A stretch of DNA of 64,000 nucleotides from Candidatus Eiseniibacteriota bacterium (GCA_965224245.1 OZ245046.1:6048001-6112000); one strand, 5' to 3'; positions 7,797 through 20,997 are shown, counted from the first letter of the stretch. Notes: generated by a model from the sequence alone, not told the origin. A program made the numbers and translations.

Positions 7797-9890
7797 ATGG
7801 CTGGTCGTGTCCCTCTCGACCGCATCCGCAACATCGGGATCATGGCCCACATCGATGCGGGCAAGACGACGCTCACCGAGCGCATCTTGTTCTACACCGG
7901 ACGTACGCATCGGCTGGGCGAGGTCCACGACGGCGCCGCTACCATGGACTGGATGGCCCAGGAGCAGGAGCGCGGCATCACGATCACGTCCGCGGCCACC
8001 ACGGCCGACTGGAAAGATCATCAGATCAACATCATCGACACGCCCGGCCACGTCGACTTCACGATGGAGGTCGAGCGGTCGCTGCGCGTCCTCGACGGCG
8101 CCATCGCCGTCTTCTGCGCCGTGGGCGGCGTCGAGCCGCAGTCCGAGACCGTCTGGCGCCAGGCCGACCGGTACGGCGTCCCGCGAATCGCGTTCGTCAA
8201 CAAGATGGACCGCGTCGGCGCCGACTTCCGCGGCACGATGGCGATGATCCAGGAACGCCTGGGCGCCAGGCCGCTGCCGGTCGTCTTCCCGGTCATGGTG
8301 GGTGACATCATCCACAGTCTCGTCGACATCGTCGAGATGCGTGAGATCACCTACATGGAAGAGACCATGGGCGCGACCTACGAGATCCACGACGTCAACG
8401 ACGACGTCCGGGAGCGTGCCGAGCAGGAGCGCCAGAACATCATCGAGGCCGTGGCCGAGTTCGACGACGATCTCATGCACACGTACCTCGAGGGCGAAGA
8501 GGTCACACCCGACGCACTCAGGGCCGCGATCCGCAAGGGATGTCTGGCCAACGCCGTGGTGCCCACGCTGTGCGGCTCGGCGTTCAAGAACAAGGGCGTC
8601 CAGCGCCTTCTCGACGCGGTGATCGCCTACCTGCCGGCGCCCACCGACGTGCCCGCGATCACCGGAGAGGACCTCAAGACCACCGAGATCGTGGAGCGCC
8701 CCGCCGACCCGAAGGCGCCGTTCGCCGGGCTCGTGTTCAAGATCGTCACCGACCCCTACATCGGGCGGCTCTCGTACTTCCGCGTCTACTCGGGCATCGT
8801 GAAGAAGGGCGACTCGGTCTACAACACCGGTCGGGACTCGCGCGATCGCATCGGGCGCCTGGTTCGCATGCACGCGAACAAGCGCGAGGAGATGGAGCAG
8901 CTCAGCGCGGGCGACATCGGCGCCATCGTGGGGCTGAAGAAGGCCAAGACCGGTGACACGCTGTGCACTCCGGATGCGCCGATCGTGCTGGAGTCGATGC
9001 ACTTCCCCGAGCCGGTGATCTCGGTGGCCATCGAGCCCAAGACGCGCAACGACGAGGAGCGGCTCGGTCACGCCCTGGAGGGGCTCTCGGACGAGGATCC
9101 CACGTTCCAGGTGCGCACCGATCCCGAGACGGGTCAGACGCTCATCTCCGGGATGGGCGAGCTGCACCTGGAGATTCTCGTCGATCGGATGAAGCGTGAG
9201 TTCAAGGTCGAGGCCAACGTCGGCGCCCCGCAGGTCGCTTACCGCGAGCGCCTCGTGGGCTCGGCGCGGCTCCGTCACAAGTACGCGAAGCAGTCGGGCG
9301 GTCGTGGTCAGTTCGCCGACGTGGACATCATGGTCGAGCCGACCGAGCCGGGGAAGGGCTTCGAGTTCGAGAACAAGATCGTGGGCGGCAACATCCCGCG
9401 CGAGTACATCCCCGCGGTCGAGTTCGGCTGCAAGGATGCGCTCCAGAACGGCGTGATGGCCGGCTTCCAGATGATCGACGTGAAGGTCACGCTGGTCGAT
9501 GGGAGCTTCCACGCGGTCGACTCGTCGGAGATGGCGTTCCGCATCTGCGGCAGCATGGCGTTCAAGGAGGCGGCGCGGAAGGCCGGCGTCGAGCTTCTGG
9601 AGCCGGTCATGGACATCGAGGTGATCGTGCCGTCGCAGTACGTCGGCGACGTCGTGGGCGATCTCTCCAGCCGCCGCGGAAACGTGGGCGGCATGTTCCA
9701 GCGCAACGAGTCGCAGGTGGTGGCGGCGCACGTCCCGCTCAAGGAGATGTTCGGATACGCGACCGCGCTCCGGTCGATGAGCCAGGGCCGGGGCATCTAC
9801 TCCATGCAGTTCGGTCGATACATGCCCGTTCCCAAGAACGTGGCCGAAGAGATCGTGAAGAAACAAACGGGCACGGCGGCACCCGCGTAG
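7797..9890 (+). CDS. fusA: Elongation factor G
   Basis: [37 protein letters not shown] before ATG 7797. Confidence 0.98.
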   Translation: MAGRVPLDRIRNIGIMAHIDAGKTTLTERILFYTGRTHRLGEVHDGAATMDWMAQEQERGITITSAATTADWKDHQINIIDTPGHVDFTMEVERSLRVLDGAIAVFCAVGGVEPQSETVWRQADRYGVPRIAFVNKMDRVGADFRGTMAMIQERLGARPLPVVFPVMVGDIIHSLVDIVEMREITYMEETMGATYEIHDVNDDVRERAEQERQNIIEAVAEFDDDLMHTYLEGEEVTPDALRAAIRKGCLANAVVPTLCGSAFKNKGVQRLLDAVIAYLPAPTDVPAITGEDLKTTEIVERPADPKAPFAGLVFKIVTDPYIGRLSYFRVYSGIVKKGDSVYNTGRDSRDRIGRLVRMHANKREEMEQLSAGDIGAIVGLKKAKTGDTLCTPDAPIVLESMHFPEPVISVAIEPKTRNDEERLGHALEGLSDEDPTFQVRTDPETGQTLISGMGELHLEILVDRMKREFKVEANVGAPQVAYRERLVGSARLRHKYAKQSGGRGQFADVDIMVEPTEPGKGFEFENKIVGGNIPREYIPAVEFGCKDALQNGVMAGFQMIDVKVTLVDGSFHAVDSSEMAFRICGSMAFKEAARKAGVELLEPVMDIEVIVPSQYVGDVVGDLSSRRGNVGGMFQRNESQVVAAHVPLKEMFGYATALRSMSQGRGIYSMQFGRYMPVPKNVAEEIVKKQTGTAAPA

Positions 9891-9960
9891 GGGCTCGTCG
9901 TTCCTTCGGGTAACGCGACCTCGGGCGCCGGCCCGGGACGCTGGGGAGGATCTTCGACAG

Positions 9961-11166
<1,206 letters not shown>

Positions 11167-11294
11167 CGAAACGCGACGCGATCCCCCGGGTCGGCCCCGT
11201 GGGATCGGCTCGCGCGTGTCTTTCGAGGCTGTCTTCGTGACGCCGTCACCCCGGGTGGGCGGCTTCGCGAAGCGAAGTCGCCAAGGAACGTGAC

Positions 11295-11603
11295 GTGACT
11301 GGTCAGAAGATCCGGATCAAGTTGAAGTCGTACGACCACGTTCTCCTCGACCATTCGGCGGGCGAGATCGTGAAGACGGCGAAGCGGACCGGCGCGTTGA
11401 CGTCGGGTCCGATCCCGTTGCCGACGCGGCGTTCGCTGTACACGGTGCTGCGTTCGCCGCACGTGGACAAGAAGTCGCGGGACCAGTTCGAGATGCGTGT
11501 CCACAAGCGTCTGATCGACATCTCGCAGTCGACGCCGCAGACGCTGGAAGCGCTCACGAAGCTGGATCTGCCGGCGGGCGTGGACATCGAGATCAAGCTG
11601 TGA
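11295..11603 (+). CDS. rpsJ: 30S ribosomal protein S10
   Basis: [11 protein letters not shown]...[16 protein letters not shown]. Confidence 0.97.
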   Translation: MTGQKIRIKLKSYDHVLLDHSAGEIVKTAKRTGALTSGPIPLPTRRSLYTVLRSPHVDKKSRDQFEMRVHKRLIDISQSTPQTLEALTKLDLPAGVDIEIKL

Positions 11604-11672
11604 CCTGGCTCGCGCCGCGAGCCACCGACACGAAAACGCGCGTGCGCGCGTGCAGGTAAGTGAGGCCGTGAC

Positions 11673-12290
11673 GTGCCTGGACTGATTGGAAAGAAAGTCG
11701 GAATGACCCAGATCTACGGTGAGGACGGCGTCGCGGTGCCCGTCACCGTGATCGAGGCGGGTCCCTGCACCGTCGTGCAGGTCAAGACCGACGAGACGGA
11801 CGGCTACCGGGCCGTGCAGCTCGGCTTCCAGCCGAGCCCCGAGCGAAAGGTCAACAAGCCCATGGCCGGGCACTTCAAGTCGCGAGGCACGGCTCCGTTC
11901 CGTCATCTGCACGAGTTCCGGAGCGGCGACGGAGTCTACGAGCCGGGCCAGGTCTTGAAGTCCGACCACTTCGACAGCGGCACCAAGGTCAGCGTGACCG
12001 GCCGCTCGAAGGGCCGCGGGTTCCAGGGGGTCGTCAAGCGCCACAACTTCGGCGGCGGTCCCGAGACGCACGGCGCGAAGACGCACGACGAGCCCGGCTC
12101 GATCGGGAACAGCGCCTATCCCGGCCGCGTGTGGAAAGGCAAGAAGCTCCCCGGGCACATGGGCAACGCGACCGTGACGTTGCGCGGGCTGACGATCGTG
12201 GGCGCCGACGCGGAGCGGAACCTCCTGTGGATCCGCGGCGCGGTCCCGGGCGCGCGCGGCAGCCTCGTCTACATTCGCAAGCAGGACTAG
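11673..12290 (+). CDS. rplC: 50S ribosomal protein L3
   Basis: GKKVGMTQI...[12 protein letters not shown]...GHMG. Confidence 0.97.
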   Translation: MPGLIGKKVGMTQIYGEDGVAVPVTVIEAGPCTVVQVKTDETDGYRAVQLGFQPSPERKVNKPMAGHFKSRGTAPFRHLHEFRSGDGVYEPGQVLKSDHFDSGTKVSVTGRSKGRGFQGVVKRHNFGGGPETHGAKTHDEPGSIGNSAYPGRVWKGKKLPGHMGNATVTLRGLTIVGADAERNLLWIRGAVPGARGSLVYIRKQD

Positions 12291-12301
12291 CGGGGGACCA
12301 G

Positions 12302-12937
12302 ATGATCTCGGCGAAACGCTACACGAGCCAGGGCGACGAGTCGGGCACGGCCGAGCTCCCGAAGCATCACTTCGGCGAGAAGGTCAACGACCACGTCATG
12401 TGGCTCGCGGTGTGCTCATACCTCGCCCACCAGCGGCAGGGAACCTCCAGCGTGCGCAATCGCAAGGCGATCCGCGGCGGAGGACGAAAGCCGTTCCGTC
12501 AGAAGGGCACGGGACAGGCGCGTCAGGGTACGCGCCGCTCGCCGCTGATGGTCGGCGGTGCGCGCGCGTTCGGGCCGCGCCCTCGAAGCTACAGTGTCCG
12601 TCTTCCCCGCAAGGTGAAGGCGCTCGGCATCCGGTCCGCGCTGTCGCTGGCGGCGCAGGAAGACCGCATTCACGTCGTGGACGACTTCGGCTTCGACAAG
12701 CCCAGCACGAAGGTGTTCGCGTCCACGCTGGCGAAGATGGGGCTCGGCGCGTCGAAGTGCGTCCTGGTGACGTCCGACGACGATCGCGTCGCGTACCTGT
12801 CGGCGCGCAACGTGCCCAACGTCGCCGTGATCTCGGTCGGGCGGCTGAACACCTACGAGCTGCTCAACTGCGAGGCGGTCGTCATGACCCAGGGCGCGCT
12901 GGCGGCGCTCGAGGCGTCGGCGGAAGGCGGTGAGTGA
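12302..12937 (+). CDS. rplD: 50S ribosomal protein L4
   Basis: RQGT...GGGRKPFRQKGTGQARQG; ATG 12302. Confidence 0.97.
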   Translation: MISAKRYTSQGDESGTAELPKHHFGEKVNDHVMWLAVCSYLAHQRQGTSSVRNRKAIRGGGRKPFRQKGTGQARQGTRRSPLMVGGARAFGPRPRSYSVRLPRKVKALGIRSALSLAAQEDRIHVVDDFGFDKPSTKVFASTLAKMGLGASKCVLVTSDDDRVAYLSARNVPNVAVISVGRLNTYELLNCEAVVMTQGALAALEASAEGGE

Positions 12938-13227
12938 TGCGGAACTCGCGAATGATCGTCAACCGGGCGCTCCTCACCGAGAAGGGTGCCGGGCAGCGCG
13001 AAGACGAGAACCAGTACTTGTTCGAGGTCGCGATGGACGCGAACAAGATCGAGATCAAGCGCGCCGTCGAAGAGATCTTCGACGTCACGGTCGTTGGTGT
13101 TCGTACGATGATCCGGCGCGGCAAGAACAAGCGCCAGGGTCGCTACGAAGGCAAGCGCCCGAACTGGAAGCGGGCGATCGTGACGCTCGCCAAGGACGAC
13201 ACCATCGACCTCGTCGATCAGGTCTAA
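12937..13227 (+). CDS. rplW: 50S ribosomal protein L23
   Basis: LTEK...[11 protein letters not shown]...WKRAIVTL. Confidence 0.96.
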   Translation: MRNSRMIVNRALLTEKGAGQREDENQYLFEVAMDANKIEIKRAVEEIFDVTVVGVRTMIRRGKNKRQGRYEGKRPNWKRAIVTLAKDDTIDLVDQV

Positions 13228-13240
13228 GAGGAGTCGAGGA

Positions 13241-14074
13241 ATGGCTCTGAAGAAGTTCAAGCCCATAACCCCGACCTTGCGGTTCAAGACGGTCTCGGAC
13301 TTCTCCGACATCACGCGGTCGGAGCCCGAGAAGTCGCTGGTGCAGCCGCTCAAGCGCAGCGGGGGACGCAACAACCAGGGTCACGTCACGTCGCGGCGCC
13401 GCGGTGGGGGGCATCGTCGCCGTTACCGCGTGATCGATTTCAAGCGACAGAAGCACGGGATCCCGTCCAAGGTCGTGAGCATCGAGTACGACCCGAACCG
13501 CTCGGCGCGCATTGCGCTGTTGCAGTACGCCGACGGCGAGAAGCGGTACATCCTCGCCCCGATCGGGCTGTCGGTGGGCGACGAGATCATGAGCGGGCCC
13601 CAGGCCGAGATCCGTCCCGGCAACGCGCTGCCGCTCCGGTACATCCCGCTGGGCACGTCGGTGCACAACATCGAGCTCGTGCCGGGCCGGGGCGGCCAGA
13701 TGGCGCGCGGCGCCGGCTCGTTCGCCCAGGTGATGGCCAAGGAGGGCGACTACGCCACCCTGCGCCTCCCGTCCAGCGAGATGCGCATGGTCCGGCTCGC
13801 GTGCCTGTGTACGATCGGTCAGACCGGCAACATCGAGCACCAGAACATCTCCATCGGCAAGGCGGGTCGCAATCGCTGGCTCGGTCGCCGTCCCAAGGTG
13901 CGGGGCGTGGCCATGAACCCGGTCGACCACCCGATGGGCGGCGGCGAGGGGCGCAGCTCCGGCGGGCGTCATCCCTGCACGCCGTGGGGCAAGCCGACCA
14001 AGGGATACAAGACTCGCAAGCGCAAGCCGTCCGATCGTCTGATCGTTCGCCGGCGCAAGAAGAAGAACAGCTAG
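13241..14074 (+). CDS. rplB: 50S ribosomal protein L2
   Basis: [36 protein letters not shown]. Confidence 0.98.
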   Translation: MALKKFKPITPTLRFKTVSDFSDITRSEPEKSLVQPLKRSGGRNNQGHVTSRRRGGGHRRRYRVIDFKRQKHGIPSKVVSIEYDPNRSARIALLQYADGEKRYILAPIGLSVGDEIMSGPQAEIRPGNALPLRYIPLGTSVHNIELVPGRGGQMARGAGSFAQVMAKEGDYATLRLPSSEMRMVRLACLCTIGQTGNIEHQNISIGKAGRNRWLGRRPKVRGVAMNPVDHPMGGGEGRSSGGRHPCTPWGKPTKGYKTRKRKPSDRLIVRRRKKKNS

Positions 14075-14087
14075 GGGGAGCGCGTAG

Positions 14088-14348
14088 ATGCCGCGGTCAA
14101 TCAAGAAAGGCCCTTACGTCGATCAGGCGCTGCAGCTCCGAGTCGGCGACATGAATCGCCGGGGCGAGAAGCGCGTCCTGAAGACGTGGGCCCGCCGCTC
14201 CACCATCACCCCCGAGTTCGTCGGGCACACGGTAGCGGTACACAACGGTAACAAGTTCATCCCCATCTACGTGACCGAGAACATGGTCGGGCACAAGCTG
14301 GGCGAGTTCGCGCCGACGCGCACGTTCCGTGGCCACATCAAGAAGTAG
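14088..14348 (+). CDS. rpsS: 30S ribosomal protein S19
   Basis: [12 protein letters not shown]...[13 protein letters not shown]. Confidence 0.97.
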   Translation: MPRSIKKGPYVDQALQLRVGDMNRRGEKRVLKTWARRSTITPEFVGHTVAVHNGNKFIPIYVTENMVGHKLGEFAPTRTFRGHIKK

Positions 14349-14362
14349 TTCCGGAGGACGGC

Positions 14363-14701
14363 ATGCAAGCGCGAGCTAGAGTCAAGTTCATCCGCAGCTC
14401 ACCCCGGAAGGTCCGCCAGGTGGTGGATCTGATCCGGGGCCAGAGCGTCGATGCCGCGGAAGACATCCTGCGACTGACGAACCGCCCGGTGGCGCGGCGC
14501 GTTCAGAAGCTGCTGAAGTCGGCGGTGTCGAACGCGGTGGATCGCGACGACACGGTCGAGGTGGGACGCCTTCGGATCAGCCAGGCACTGGTCGATCCGG
14601 GGCCGACCATGAAGCGTTGGTTACCCAGAGCACGCGGTCGTGCGACGCCGCTCCTGAAGCGCAGCTGTCACATCACGATCGTGGTTTCGGACGAGGCGTA
14701 A
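14363..14701 (+). CDS. rplV: 50S ribosomal protein L22
   Basis: SPRKVRQVVDLIRG...PRARGRA...HITIVV. Confidence 0.97.
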   Translation: MQARARVKFIRSSPRKVRQVVDLIRGQSVDAAEDILRLTNRPVARRVQKLLKSAVSNAVDRDDTVEVGRLRISQALVDPGPTMKRWLPRARGRATPLLKRSCHITIVVSDEA

Positions 14702-14731
14702 GCCGAGTCGTTCCGAGAGTTGGAGGACGGT

Positions 14732-15391
14732 TTGGGACAGAAAGTCAATCCAATCGGGATGCGGCTTGGGATCGTCCGGACGTGGGACTCCCGCTGGTTC
14801 TCGAAGAAGGATTACCGAGAGCTCCTCAAGGAGGATCTCTTCATCCGGAAGTACCTGTCGGCGCGCCTGCACCGCGCGTCGATCTCGCACGTCGGCATCC
14901 AGCGCGCGTCGAAGCGCCTCACCATCGCCATCCGCACCGCGCGGCCGGCGCTGGTGATCGGCAAGAAGGGCGCGCAGGTCGATCAGCTGAAGGACGAGCT
15001 CCAGCACCTCACGGGCAAGGATGTGTTCCTGAACATCCACGAGGTGAAGAAGCCCGAGCTCGACGCTCAGCTCGTGGGTGATCACATCGCCCGTCAGCTC
15101 GAGGGGCGCATCGCGTTCCGGCGGGCCATGAAGAAGTCCATCCAGACCGCCATGCGTGCCGGGGCGAAGGGAGTCCGCGTGCGCTGCGGCGGGCGTCTGG
15201 GTGGGGCCGAGATGTCGCGGACCGAGGAGTACCGTGAGGGGCGCGTGCCCCTTCACACGTTGCGCGCCGAGATCGACTACGCCCAGAGCGTGGCGAAGAC
15301 GACCTACGGCACGATTGGAATCAAGGTCTGGATCTTCCACGGGGAGATCCACGACTTCCGCGACCGGCTGTTGGCCAGCGCATCTCGGTAG
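14732..15391 (+). CDS. rpsC: 30S ribosomal protein S3
   Basis: TTG start after [17 protein letters not shown]...[10 protein letters not shown]. Confidence 0.97.
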   Translation: MGQKVNPIGMRLGIVRTWDSRWFSKKDYRELLKEDLFIRKYLSARLHRASISHVGIQRASKRLTIAIRTARPALVIGKKGAQVDQLKDELQHLTGKDVFLNIHEVKKPELDAQLVGDHIARQLEGRIAFRRAMKKSIQTAMRAGAKGVRVRCGGRLGGAEMSRTEEYREGRVPLHTLRAEIDYAQSVAKTTYGTIGIKVWIFHGEIHDFRDRLLASASR

Positions 15392-15406
15392 GGAGAGGAT
15401 CGTCCC

Positions 15407-15820
15407 ATGTTGATGCCGAAACGCACCAAGCACCGCAAGATGATGCGCGGCCGCCTGCGCGGAATGGCGCAGCGGGGAAGCAAGGTCTCGTTCGGTGACT
15501 TCGGGCTCCAGTGCCTGGAGCCCGCGTACATCACCAACCGTCAGATCGAGGCCGCCCGTATCGCGATCACGCGCCGCGTCAAGCGCGGCGGGAAGATCTG
15601 GATCCGGATCTTCCCGGACAAGCCGGTCACGAAGAAGCCGCAGGAGACGCGGATGGGCAAGGGAAAGGGCAACCCCGAAGGGTGGGTGGCCCCGGTCCGT
15701 CCCGGGCGCATCCTGTTCGAGATGGAGGGCGTCACCGAGGAGCTTGCGCGCGAGGCCATGCGCCTGGGCGCGGCGAAGCTCCCGGTCAAGACGCGGTTCC
15801 TCGTCCGCGAGGAGGAGTAG
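15407..15820 (+). CDS. rplP: 50S ribosomal protein L16
   Basis: [11 protein letters not shown]...RMGKGKG. Confidence 0.97.
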   Translation: MLMPKRTKHRKMMRGRLRGMAQRGSKVSFGDFGLQCLEPAYITNRQIEAARIAITRRVKRGGKIWIRIFPDKPVTKKPQETRMGKGKGNPEGWVAPVRPGRILFEMEGVTEELAREAMRLGAAKLPVKTRFLVREEE

Positions 15821-15822
15821 CG

Positions 15823-16053
15823 ATGGCACTCGAGATCACGGCCGACAAGGCCCGACAGATGTCCCTCGACGAGATTCGCTACCGGCTGGAGAAGCTCCGC
15901 GAGGATCAGTTCAACCTCCGCTTCCGGCACGCGATGCGTCAGCTCGACAATCCGCTCAAGGTGCGGGAGGCCCGTCGGGAGGTCGCCATTCTGAAGACCG
16001 TGCTCCGCGAGCACGAGCTCGGCATCCGGTCCGTGGCCGGAAGCGAGGACTGA
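15823..16053 (+). CDS. rpmC: 50S ribosomal protein L29
   Basis: FNLRFRHAMRQLDNP...REVAILKTVLRE; operon position. Confidence 0.95.
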   Translation: MALEITADKARQMSLDEIRYRLEKLREDQFNLRFRHAMRQLDNPLKVREARREVAILKTVLREHELGIRSVAGSED

Positions 16054-16055
16054 GC

Positions 16056-16337
16056 ATGAGTGAACGAGGAAGTCGGAAGGTCCGAGAGGGCGTCGTGGTC
16101 AGTCACAAGATGGACAAGACGCTCGTCGTTCAGATCGAACGGCAGGTTCAGCACCCGGTGTACAAGCGCTTCGTGCGCCGTCGGAAGAAGTATCACGTTC
16201 ACTACGACGCGGCCGCGCTCGGCCATGCCGACGGCGAGGTCTGCCGGGAGGGTGACGTCATCCGGTTCATGGAGACGCGACCCATCTCGAAGACCAAGTG
16301 CTGGCGCTTCGTGGAGTTCATCGAGCGCGCCAAGTAG
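16056..16337 (+). CDS. rpsQ: 30S ribosomal protein S17
   Basis: GVVVSHKMDKT...HPVYKR...ETRPISKTK. Confidence 0.95.
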   Translation: MSERGSRKVREGVVVSHKMDKTLVVQIERQVQHPVYKRFVRRRKKYHVHYDAAALGHADGEVCREGDVIRFMETRPISKTKCWRFVEFIERAK

Positions 16338-16353
16338 GGAGTCGAGGTAAGAG

Positions 16354-16722
16354 ATGATTTCGGTCGAGACCATGCTCCGCATCTCGGACAACTCGGGCGC
16401 CCGCCGCGCGCAGTGCATTCGTGTGCTCGGTGGAACGCGACGCCGCTACGCGCGCGTCGGCGACATCGTCATCGTGGCGGTCAAGGATGCCCTCCCGGGG
16501 GGAGCAGTGAAGAAGGGCGACGTGACGCGGGCCGTCATCGTTCGGACCAAGAAGGAGCTGCGCCGGCGCGACGGTTCCTACATTCGCTTCGACGAGAACG
16601 CGGCGGTGATCATCAACGAGAACAAGGATCCGCGAGGCACGCGCATCTTCGGTCCCGTTGCCCGCGAGCTGCGCGAGAAGCAGTTCATGAAGATCATCTC
16701 TCTCGCTCCGGAGGTCATCTAG
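16354..16722 (+). CDS. rplN: 50S ribosomal protein L14
   Basis: DNSGA...[13 protein letters not shown]...SLAPEV. Confidence 0.98.
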   Translation: MISVETMLRISDNSGARRAQCIRVLGGTRRRYARVGDIVIVAVKDALPGGAVKKGDVTRAVIVRTKKELRRRDGSYIRFDENAAVIINENKDPRGTRIFGPVARELREKQFMKIISLAPEVI

Positions 16723-16724
16723 TC

Positions 16725-17048
16725 GTGAAGATCCACAAGGGTGACACGGTCAAGGTCATTGCCGGAGTGCACAAGGGCCAGGTGGGCAAGGTGCTCAAGA
16801 CCTATCCCGACAAGGGACGGCTGATCGTCGAGAAGGTCAACATCATCAAGCGGCACACCAAGCCGACGCAGCAGCTTCCACAGGGCGGGATCGTCGAGCG
16901 CGAGGCGGCGATCAGCGCGTCGAACGTCATGGTCCTCGATCCGAAGACGGACGAGCCGACGCGCATCGGAACGAAGGTCCTGGCCAACGGCAAGCGCGCG
17001 CGCGTGGCCAAGAAGTCGGGTGAGATGCTCGCCCGGTCGGACGACTAG
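16725..17048 (+). CDS. rplX: 50S ribosomal protein L24
   Basis: [13 protein letters not shown]...GGIVEREA. Confidence 0.96.
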   Translation: MKIHKGDTVKVIAGVHKGQVGKVLKTYPDKGRLIVEKVNIIKRHTKPTQQLPQGGIVEREAAISASNVMVLDPKTDEPTRIGTKVLANGKRARVAKKSGEMLARSDD

Positions 17049-17062
17049 GAAGGGTCCCTGGA

Positions 17063-17701
17063 ATGGCTGACAAGGCGAAGACATCCGAGAAGGCGAAGGG
17101 CGGCAAGGCCAAGGGAGGCGACAAGGGCAAGGCGCCCCGCAAGTCCGCCCCCGCGCCGCCGCCGCGGATGCGTGAGATGTACGAGTCCGAGGTGCGCTCC
17201 GGACTCCAGAAGCGTTTCCAGTACCGGAACCCGATGCAGGTGCCGCGGCTGGAGAAGATCGTGGTGAACATGGGCGCGGGCGACGCGCTGCAGAACATCA
17301 AGCTGCTGGACGCCGCGGTGCAGGATCTGGCCACGATCACCGGCCAGCGTCCGTCGATCCGGCGGGCAACGCGCTCGATCTCGAACTTCAAGCTCCGCGA
17401 GGGGCAGCCGATCGGGTGCGCGGTGACGCTGCGTCAGAGCAGGATGTGGGAGTTCTACGACCGGCTGCTGTCGGTCGCGGTCCCGCGCATCCGGGACTTT
17501 CGCGGGTTCTCGCCGAAGTCGTTCGACGGCCGCGGCAACTACACCGTCGGCTTGAAGGAGCACATCATCTTCCCCGAGATCGACTACGACAAGGTCGAGA
17601 AGATCCGCGGAATGGATGTCACCTTCGTGACGACCGCCAAGACCGACGAAGAAGGTCGTGAGCTCATGCGGCTGCTCAAGTGGCCCATGAGGGAGCGCTA
17701 G
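17063..17701 (+). CDS. rplE: 50S ribosomal protein L5 (Lys/Gly-rich N-terminal extension)
   Basis: [12 protein letters not shown]...PRIRDFRG...FDGRGNY. Confidence 0.97.
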   Translation: MADKAKTSEKAKGGKAKGGDKGKAPRKSAPAPPPRMREMYESEVRSGLQKRFQYRNPMQVPRLEKIVVNMGAGDALQNIKLLDAAVQDLATITGQRPSIRRATRSISNFKLREGQPIGCAVTLRQSRMWEFYDRLLSVAVPRIRDFRGFSPKSFDGRGNYTVGLKEHIIFPEIDYDKVEKIRGMDVTFVTTAKTDEEGRELMRLLKWPMRER

Positions 17702-17711
17702 GGAGTCACAC

Positions 17712-17897
17712 GTGGCCAAGAAGTCATTGATCGAGAAGTGGAAGAGGGTGCCAAAGTTCAAGGTGCGCGCATACAACCGTTGCCACCGGTGCGGCCGGTC
17801 TCGGGCGTATCTGCGCCGCTTCGGCATTTGCCGCCTGTGTTTCCGTGAGCTGGCGCTGATGGGGCAGATCCCCGGCGTCACGAAGTCGAGCTGGTAG
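17712..17897 (+). CDS. rpsN: 30S ribosomal protein S14, zinc-binding short type
   Basis: 61 aa with CHRC...CRLC. Confidence 0.96.
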   Translation: MAKKSLIEKWKRVPKFKVRAYNRCHRCGRSRAYLRRFGICRLCFRELALMGQIPGVTKSSW

Positions 17898-17910
17898 GAG
17901 GACGACGGGC

Positions 17911-18309
17911 ATGAGTGTCACCGATCCGATTGCCGACATGCTCACCGTCATCCGGAACGCCGTGCGCGCCAAGAAACGGTGGGTGGTGTTCCCCGCGTCC
18001 ACGATGAAGAAGAGCATCGTCGACGTGCTGGATCGCGAGGAGTTCATCCGATCGTACGAGGTCATCGAGCAGAAGCCGCAGAGCGCCATCAAGGTGTTTC
18101 TGAAGTACGACCGCAACAACACGCCCGTCATCGGCAACATCGAGCGAGTGTCTCGACCGGGTCGTCGCGTGTACGTGGGCCGGTCGAAGATCCCCCGGGT
18201 CTTCGGCGGTCTGGGGACGGCCGTCGTGTCGACCTCGCAGGGCGTCCTGACCGACAAAGAGGCGCGCTCGAAGGGTCTGGGCGGCGAGTGGATTTGTAAC
18301 GTCTGGTAG
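17911..18309 (+). CDS. rpsH: 30S ribosomal protein S8
   Basis: TDPIADMLT...SRPGRRVY...STSQG. Confidence 0.97.
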   Translation: MSVTDPIADMLTVIRNAVRAKKRWVVFPASTMKKSIVDVLDREEFIRSYEVIEQKPQSAIKVFLKYDRNNTPVIGNIERVSRPGRRVYVGRSKIPRVFGGLGTAVVSTSQGVLTDKEARSKGLGGEWICNVW

Positions 18310-18358
18310 CTCGCGTCCCGCTCGCGCGGGCTCGGGTTCGCCAGTTCGGAGGATATCG

Positions 18359-18895
18359 ATGTCGAGAGTGGGCCGAAAAGAGATCACGCTTCCGGCGGGC
18401 GTCTCGGTCGACCTTCAGGATCGGCTCGTGAAGGTCAAGGGACCCAAGGGCGAGCTGAGCTATACGCTCCTGCCCTCGGTGGACGTCGCCGTCGAGGACG
18501 GCGCGGTCCGCGTCACGACGAACGACGAGACCCAGCAGGGTCGTGCGTACTGGGGCCTGACCCGCTCGCTGATCAACAACATGGTGATCGGCGTGAGCCA
18601 GGGATACACGAAGGGCCTCGAGCTGCGCGGCACGGGCTATCGCGCGGAGATGAAGGGTCAGAACCTCGTTCTGCACCTGGGCTACTCGCACGAGATCGAG
18701 TACCCGTTGCCGAAGGTGGTCAACGCCCAGATCGACGGATCTCGGATCAACTTCGAGTCGATCGACAAGCAGGCGATCGGTCAGGTCGCGGCCGAGGTTC
18801 GCTCGTTCCGTCCGCCCGAGCCGTACAACGGCAAGGGCGTTCGGTACCAGGGCGAGCAGGTGAAGCAGAAGGCCGGAAAGACCGCGGCCGGTTAG
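18359..18895 (+). CDS. rplF: 50S ribosomal protein L6
   Basis: MSRVGR...KGPKGEL...PEPYNGKGVRY. Confidence 0.97.
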   Translation: MSRVGRKEITLPAGVSVDLQDRLVKVKGPKGELSYTLLPSVDVAVEDGAVRVTTNDETQQGRAYWGLTRSLINNMVIGVSQGYTKGLELRGTGYRAEMKGQNLVLHLGYSHEIEYPLPKVVNAQIDGSRINFESIDKQAIGQVAAEVRSFRPPEPYNGKGVRYQGEQVKQKAGKTAAG

Positions 18896-18998
18896 TCGTT
18901 CGTCGTCCGGCCGTCTCGCGCGGCCGGGGGACGGTGGAGTCGAGAGCGCTGCCCGGAGTTCACGGCGCGAGCGTCGTGATCCGGCGGGAGATTGAGAC

Positions 18999-19367
18999 AT
19001 GGACAAGGCAAAGCGGCGTGTGGAGTCGCGTCTCGCCCGGCATCGCCGGGTACGCAAGTCGGTGCGTGGCGACGCGACGCGACCCAGGCTCGCGGTGTTT
19101 CGGAGCGACAAGCACGTCTACGCACAGCTCGTGGACGACGTCTCGGGTCAGTCGCTGTGCACCGTGTCGACGCTGTCGAAGGGCGTGCGCGAGGCGGTCG
19201 CCGACAAGAGCAAGAGCGAGGCCTCGAAGATCGTCGGACAGAAGATCGCCGAGCTCGCCCGGGAAAAAGGTGTAACCCGCGTTCATTTCGATCGCGGTGG
19301 CTTCGTCTATCACGGCCGTATCCGCGCAGTCGCGGAGGGCGCCCGCGAAGGCGGCCTGGAATTCTGA
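18999..19367 (+). CDS. rplR: 50S ribosomal protein L18
   Basis: RPRLAVFRS...[12 protein letters not shown]. Confidence 0.97.
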   Translation: MDKAKRRVESRLARHRRVRKSVRGDATRPRLAVFRSDKHVYAQLVDDVSGQSLCTVSTLSKGVREAVADKSKSEASKIVGQKIAELAREKGVTRVHFDRGGFVYHGRIRAVAEGAREGGLEF

Positions 19368-19434
19368 ACGCGGACACGCGCGAGCGCGCGGCGGCCCCGG
19401 TCGCCGGAGCCTCGAGGCCAGACGGAGGTTGGTG

Positions 19435-20346
19435 TTGAGTCACGTAACTGACAATCAGTCCCCATCGCGTACGGCGTCCACGGGCCCGCACGGCGGTGGC
19501 GGCGGCGGTGGCGGCGGACGTGGACCCGGCGGTGGTGGACGAGGCCCCGGTGGCCCCGGCGGTTCCGGTGGACGTGGCCCGGGTGGCGCGGGTGGCCCCG
19601 GTGGACGCGGCCCGGGTGGCCCCGGCGGACGAGGCCCGGGTGGCCCCGGCGGTCGAGGCCCGGGTGGCCCCGGCGGACGCGGCCCCGGCGGCCCCGGCGG
19701 ACGGGGGCCCGGCGGCCCCGGCGGACGGGGTGGCCCCGGCGGACGGGGCGGTCCCGGCGGACGCGGCGGCCCCGGTGGACGCGGTCGCGACGGACGCGGC
19801 GGACCGCGGCGCGGACGTCGTGACGAGCGCGGACCCGAGAGCGATCTCGTCGAACGCGTGATTCAGGTCAACCGCGTGGCGAAGGTCGTCAAGGGCGGCC
19901 GGCGGTTCGGCTTCAACGCGATCGTGGCCGTGGGCAACCAGAAGGGCAAGGTCGGCGTGGGTCTGGGCAAGGCGAACGAGGTCGCCGAGGCGATCTCCAA
20001 GGCCACCGAGTCCGCGCGCAAGGGCATGTTCGACGTGCCCCTGGTGAAGGGATCGATCCCGCACGAGACGATCGGTCGCTACGGAGCCGGGCGCGTGCTG
20101 ATGAAGCCGGCGTCCGCGGGTACCGGCGTGATCGCCGGCGCGGGGGTGCGGATGGTTCTCGAGGCGGCGGGGGTGCAGGACATCCTCACCAAGAGCCTCG
20201 GCAGCGCGAACTCTCACAACATGGTCAAGGCCACCGTCGTCGCGCTCCGGTCGCTGATGACGTCGGCCGACGTGGCGAAGCGCCGCGGGGTGACCGTGCC
20301 GAAGCTGTTCGGGATCCGGAAGGGCGCAGATGGCGAAGAAGCTTAA
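19435..20346 (+). CDS. rpsE: 30S ribosomal protein S5 with long Gly/Arg/Pro-repeat N-terminal extension (start approximate)
   Basis: Core [14 protein letters not shown]...[16 protein letters not shown] at 19424-19428 precedes in-frame GTG 19432 and TTG 19435. Confidence 0.93.
   Translation: MSHVTDNQSPSRTASTGPHGGGGGGGGGRGPGGGGRGPGGPGGSGGRGPGGAGGPGGRGPGGPGGRGPGGPGGRGPGGPGGRGPGGPGGRGPGGPGGRGGPGGRGGPGGRGGPGGRGRDGRGGPRRGRRDERGPESDLVERVIQVNRVAKVVKGGRRFGFNAIVAVGNQKGKVGVGLGKANEVAEAISKATESARKGMFDVPLVKGSIPHETIGRYGAGRVLMKPASAGTGVIAGAGVRMVLEAAGVQDILTKSLGSANSHNMVKATVVALRSLMTSADVAKRRGVTVPKLFGIRKGADGEEA
19492..19790 (+). repeat. Coding tandem repeats (RGPGGPGG / RGGPGG) in rpsE
   Basis: 24-nt and 18-nt units visible in both DNA and protein. 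Confidence 0.9.
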
Positions 20347-20521
20347 GATCACGCAGATCCGAAGCGCGATCGGTCGCAAGCAGAACCAGAAGGACACCAT
20401 TCGCGCGCTCGGCATCCGACGGATGCACCAGACGGTCGTGCACAACGACACGCCTCAGATCCGGGGCATGGTGAACACCGTGTCGCACCTCGTGAACGTG
20501 GAAGAGGCCGATCATGACTAA
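20330..20521 (+). CDS. rpmD: 50S ribosomal protein L30
   Basis: [11 protein letters not shown]...[12 protein letters not shown]. Confidence 0.96.
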   Translation: MAKKLKITQIRSAIGRKQNQKDTIRALGIRRMHQTVVHNDTPQIRGMVNTVSHLVNVEEADHD

Positions 20522-20990
20522 GCTGTCGAACCTGAAGCCCGCCAAGGGCTCGACGCACCGGCGCAAGCGCGTCGGAATCGGACCGAGCTCGGGGCACGGC
20601 GGGACCAGCGGCCGCGGGCACAAGGGCCAGAACTCGCGCTCCGGCGGCGGCGTCCCCACGTGGTTCGAGGGCGGCCAGATGCCCCTGATCCGCCGCATCC
20701 CCAAGCGTGGGTTCATCAACCACTTCCGGACCGAGTACCAGGTCGTGAACCTCCGGGACCTGACCCGTTTCGAGGCGGGCACGACGGTCGATCGCGACGC
20801 GCTGGTCGGCGCCGGGCTCGTCCGCGCACGCGGCGGACCGGTCAAGGTTCTCGCCAGCGGCGAGCTCGGGCACGCGCTCACCGTGAAGGTCGATGCGGCG
20901 TCGGGACAGGCGCGCACGAAGATCGAGGCGGCCGGGGGAACCCTCGAGGTCGTCGTGAAGGCGCGCGAGGGCGCCCCGCGGAAGGGATGA
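20514..20990 (+). CDS. rplO: 50S ribosomal protein L15
   Basis: [12 protein letters not shown]...FEGGQMPL. Confidence 0.97.
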   Translation: MTKLSNLKPAKGSTHRRKRVGIGPSSGHGGTSGRGHKGQNSRSGGGVPTWFEGGQMPLIRRIPKRGFINHFRTEYQVVNLRDLTRFEAGTTVDRDALVGAGLVRARGGPVKVLASGELGHALTVKVDAASGQARTKIEAAGGTLEVVVKAREGAPRKG

Positions 20991-20997
20991 TCGTCTC

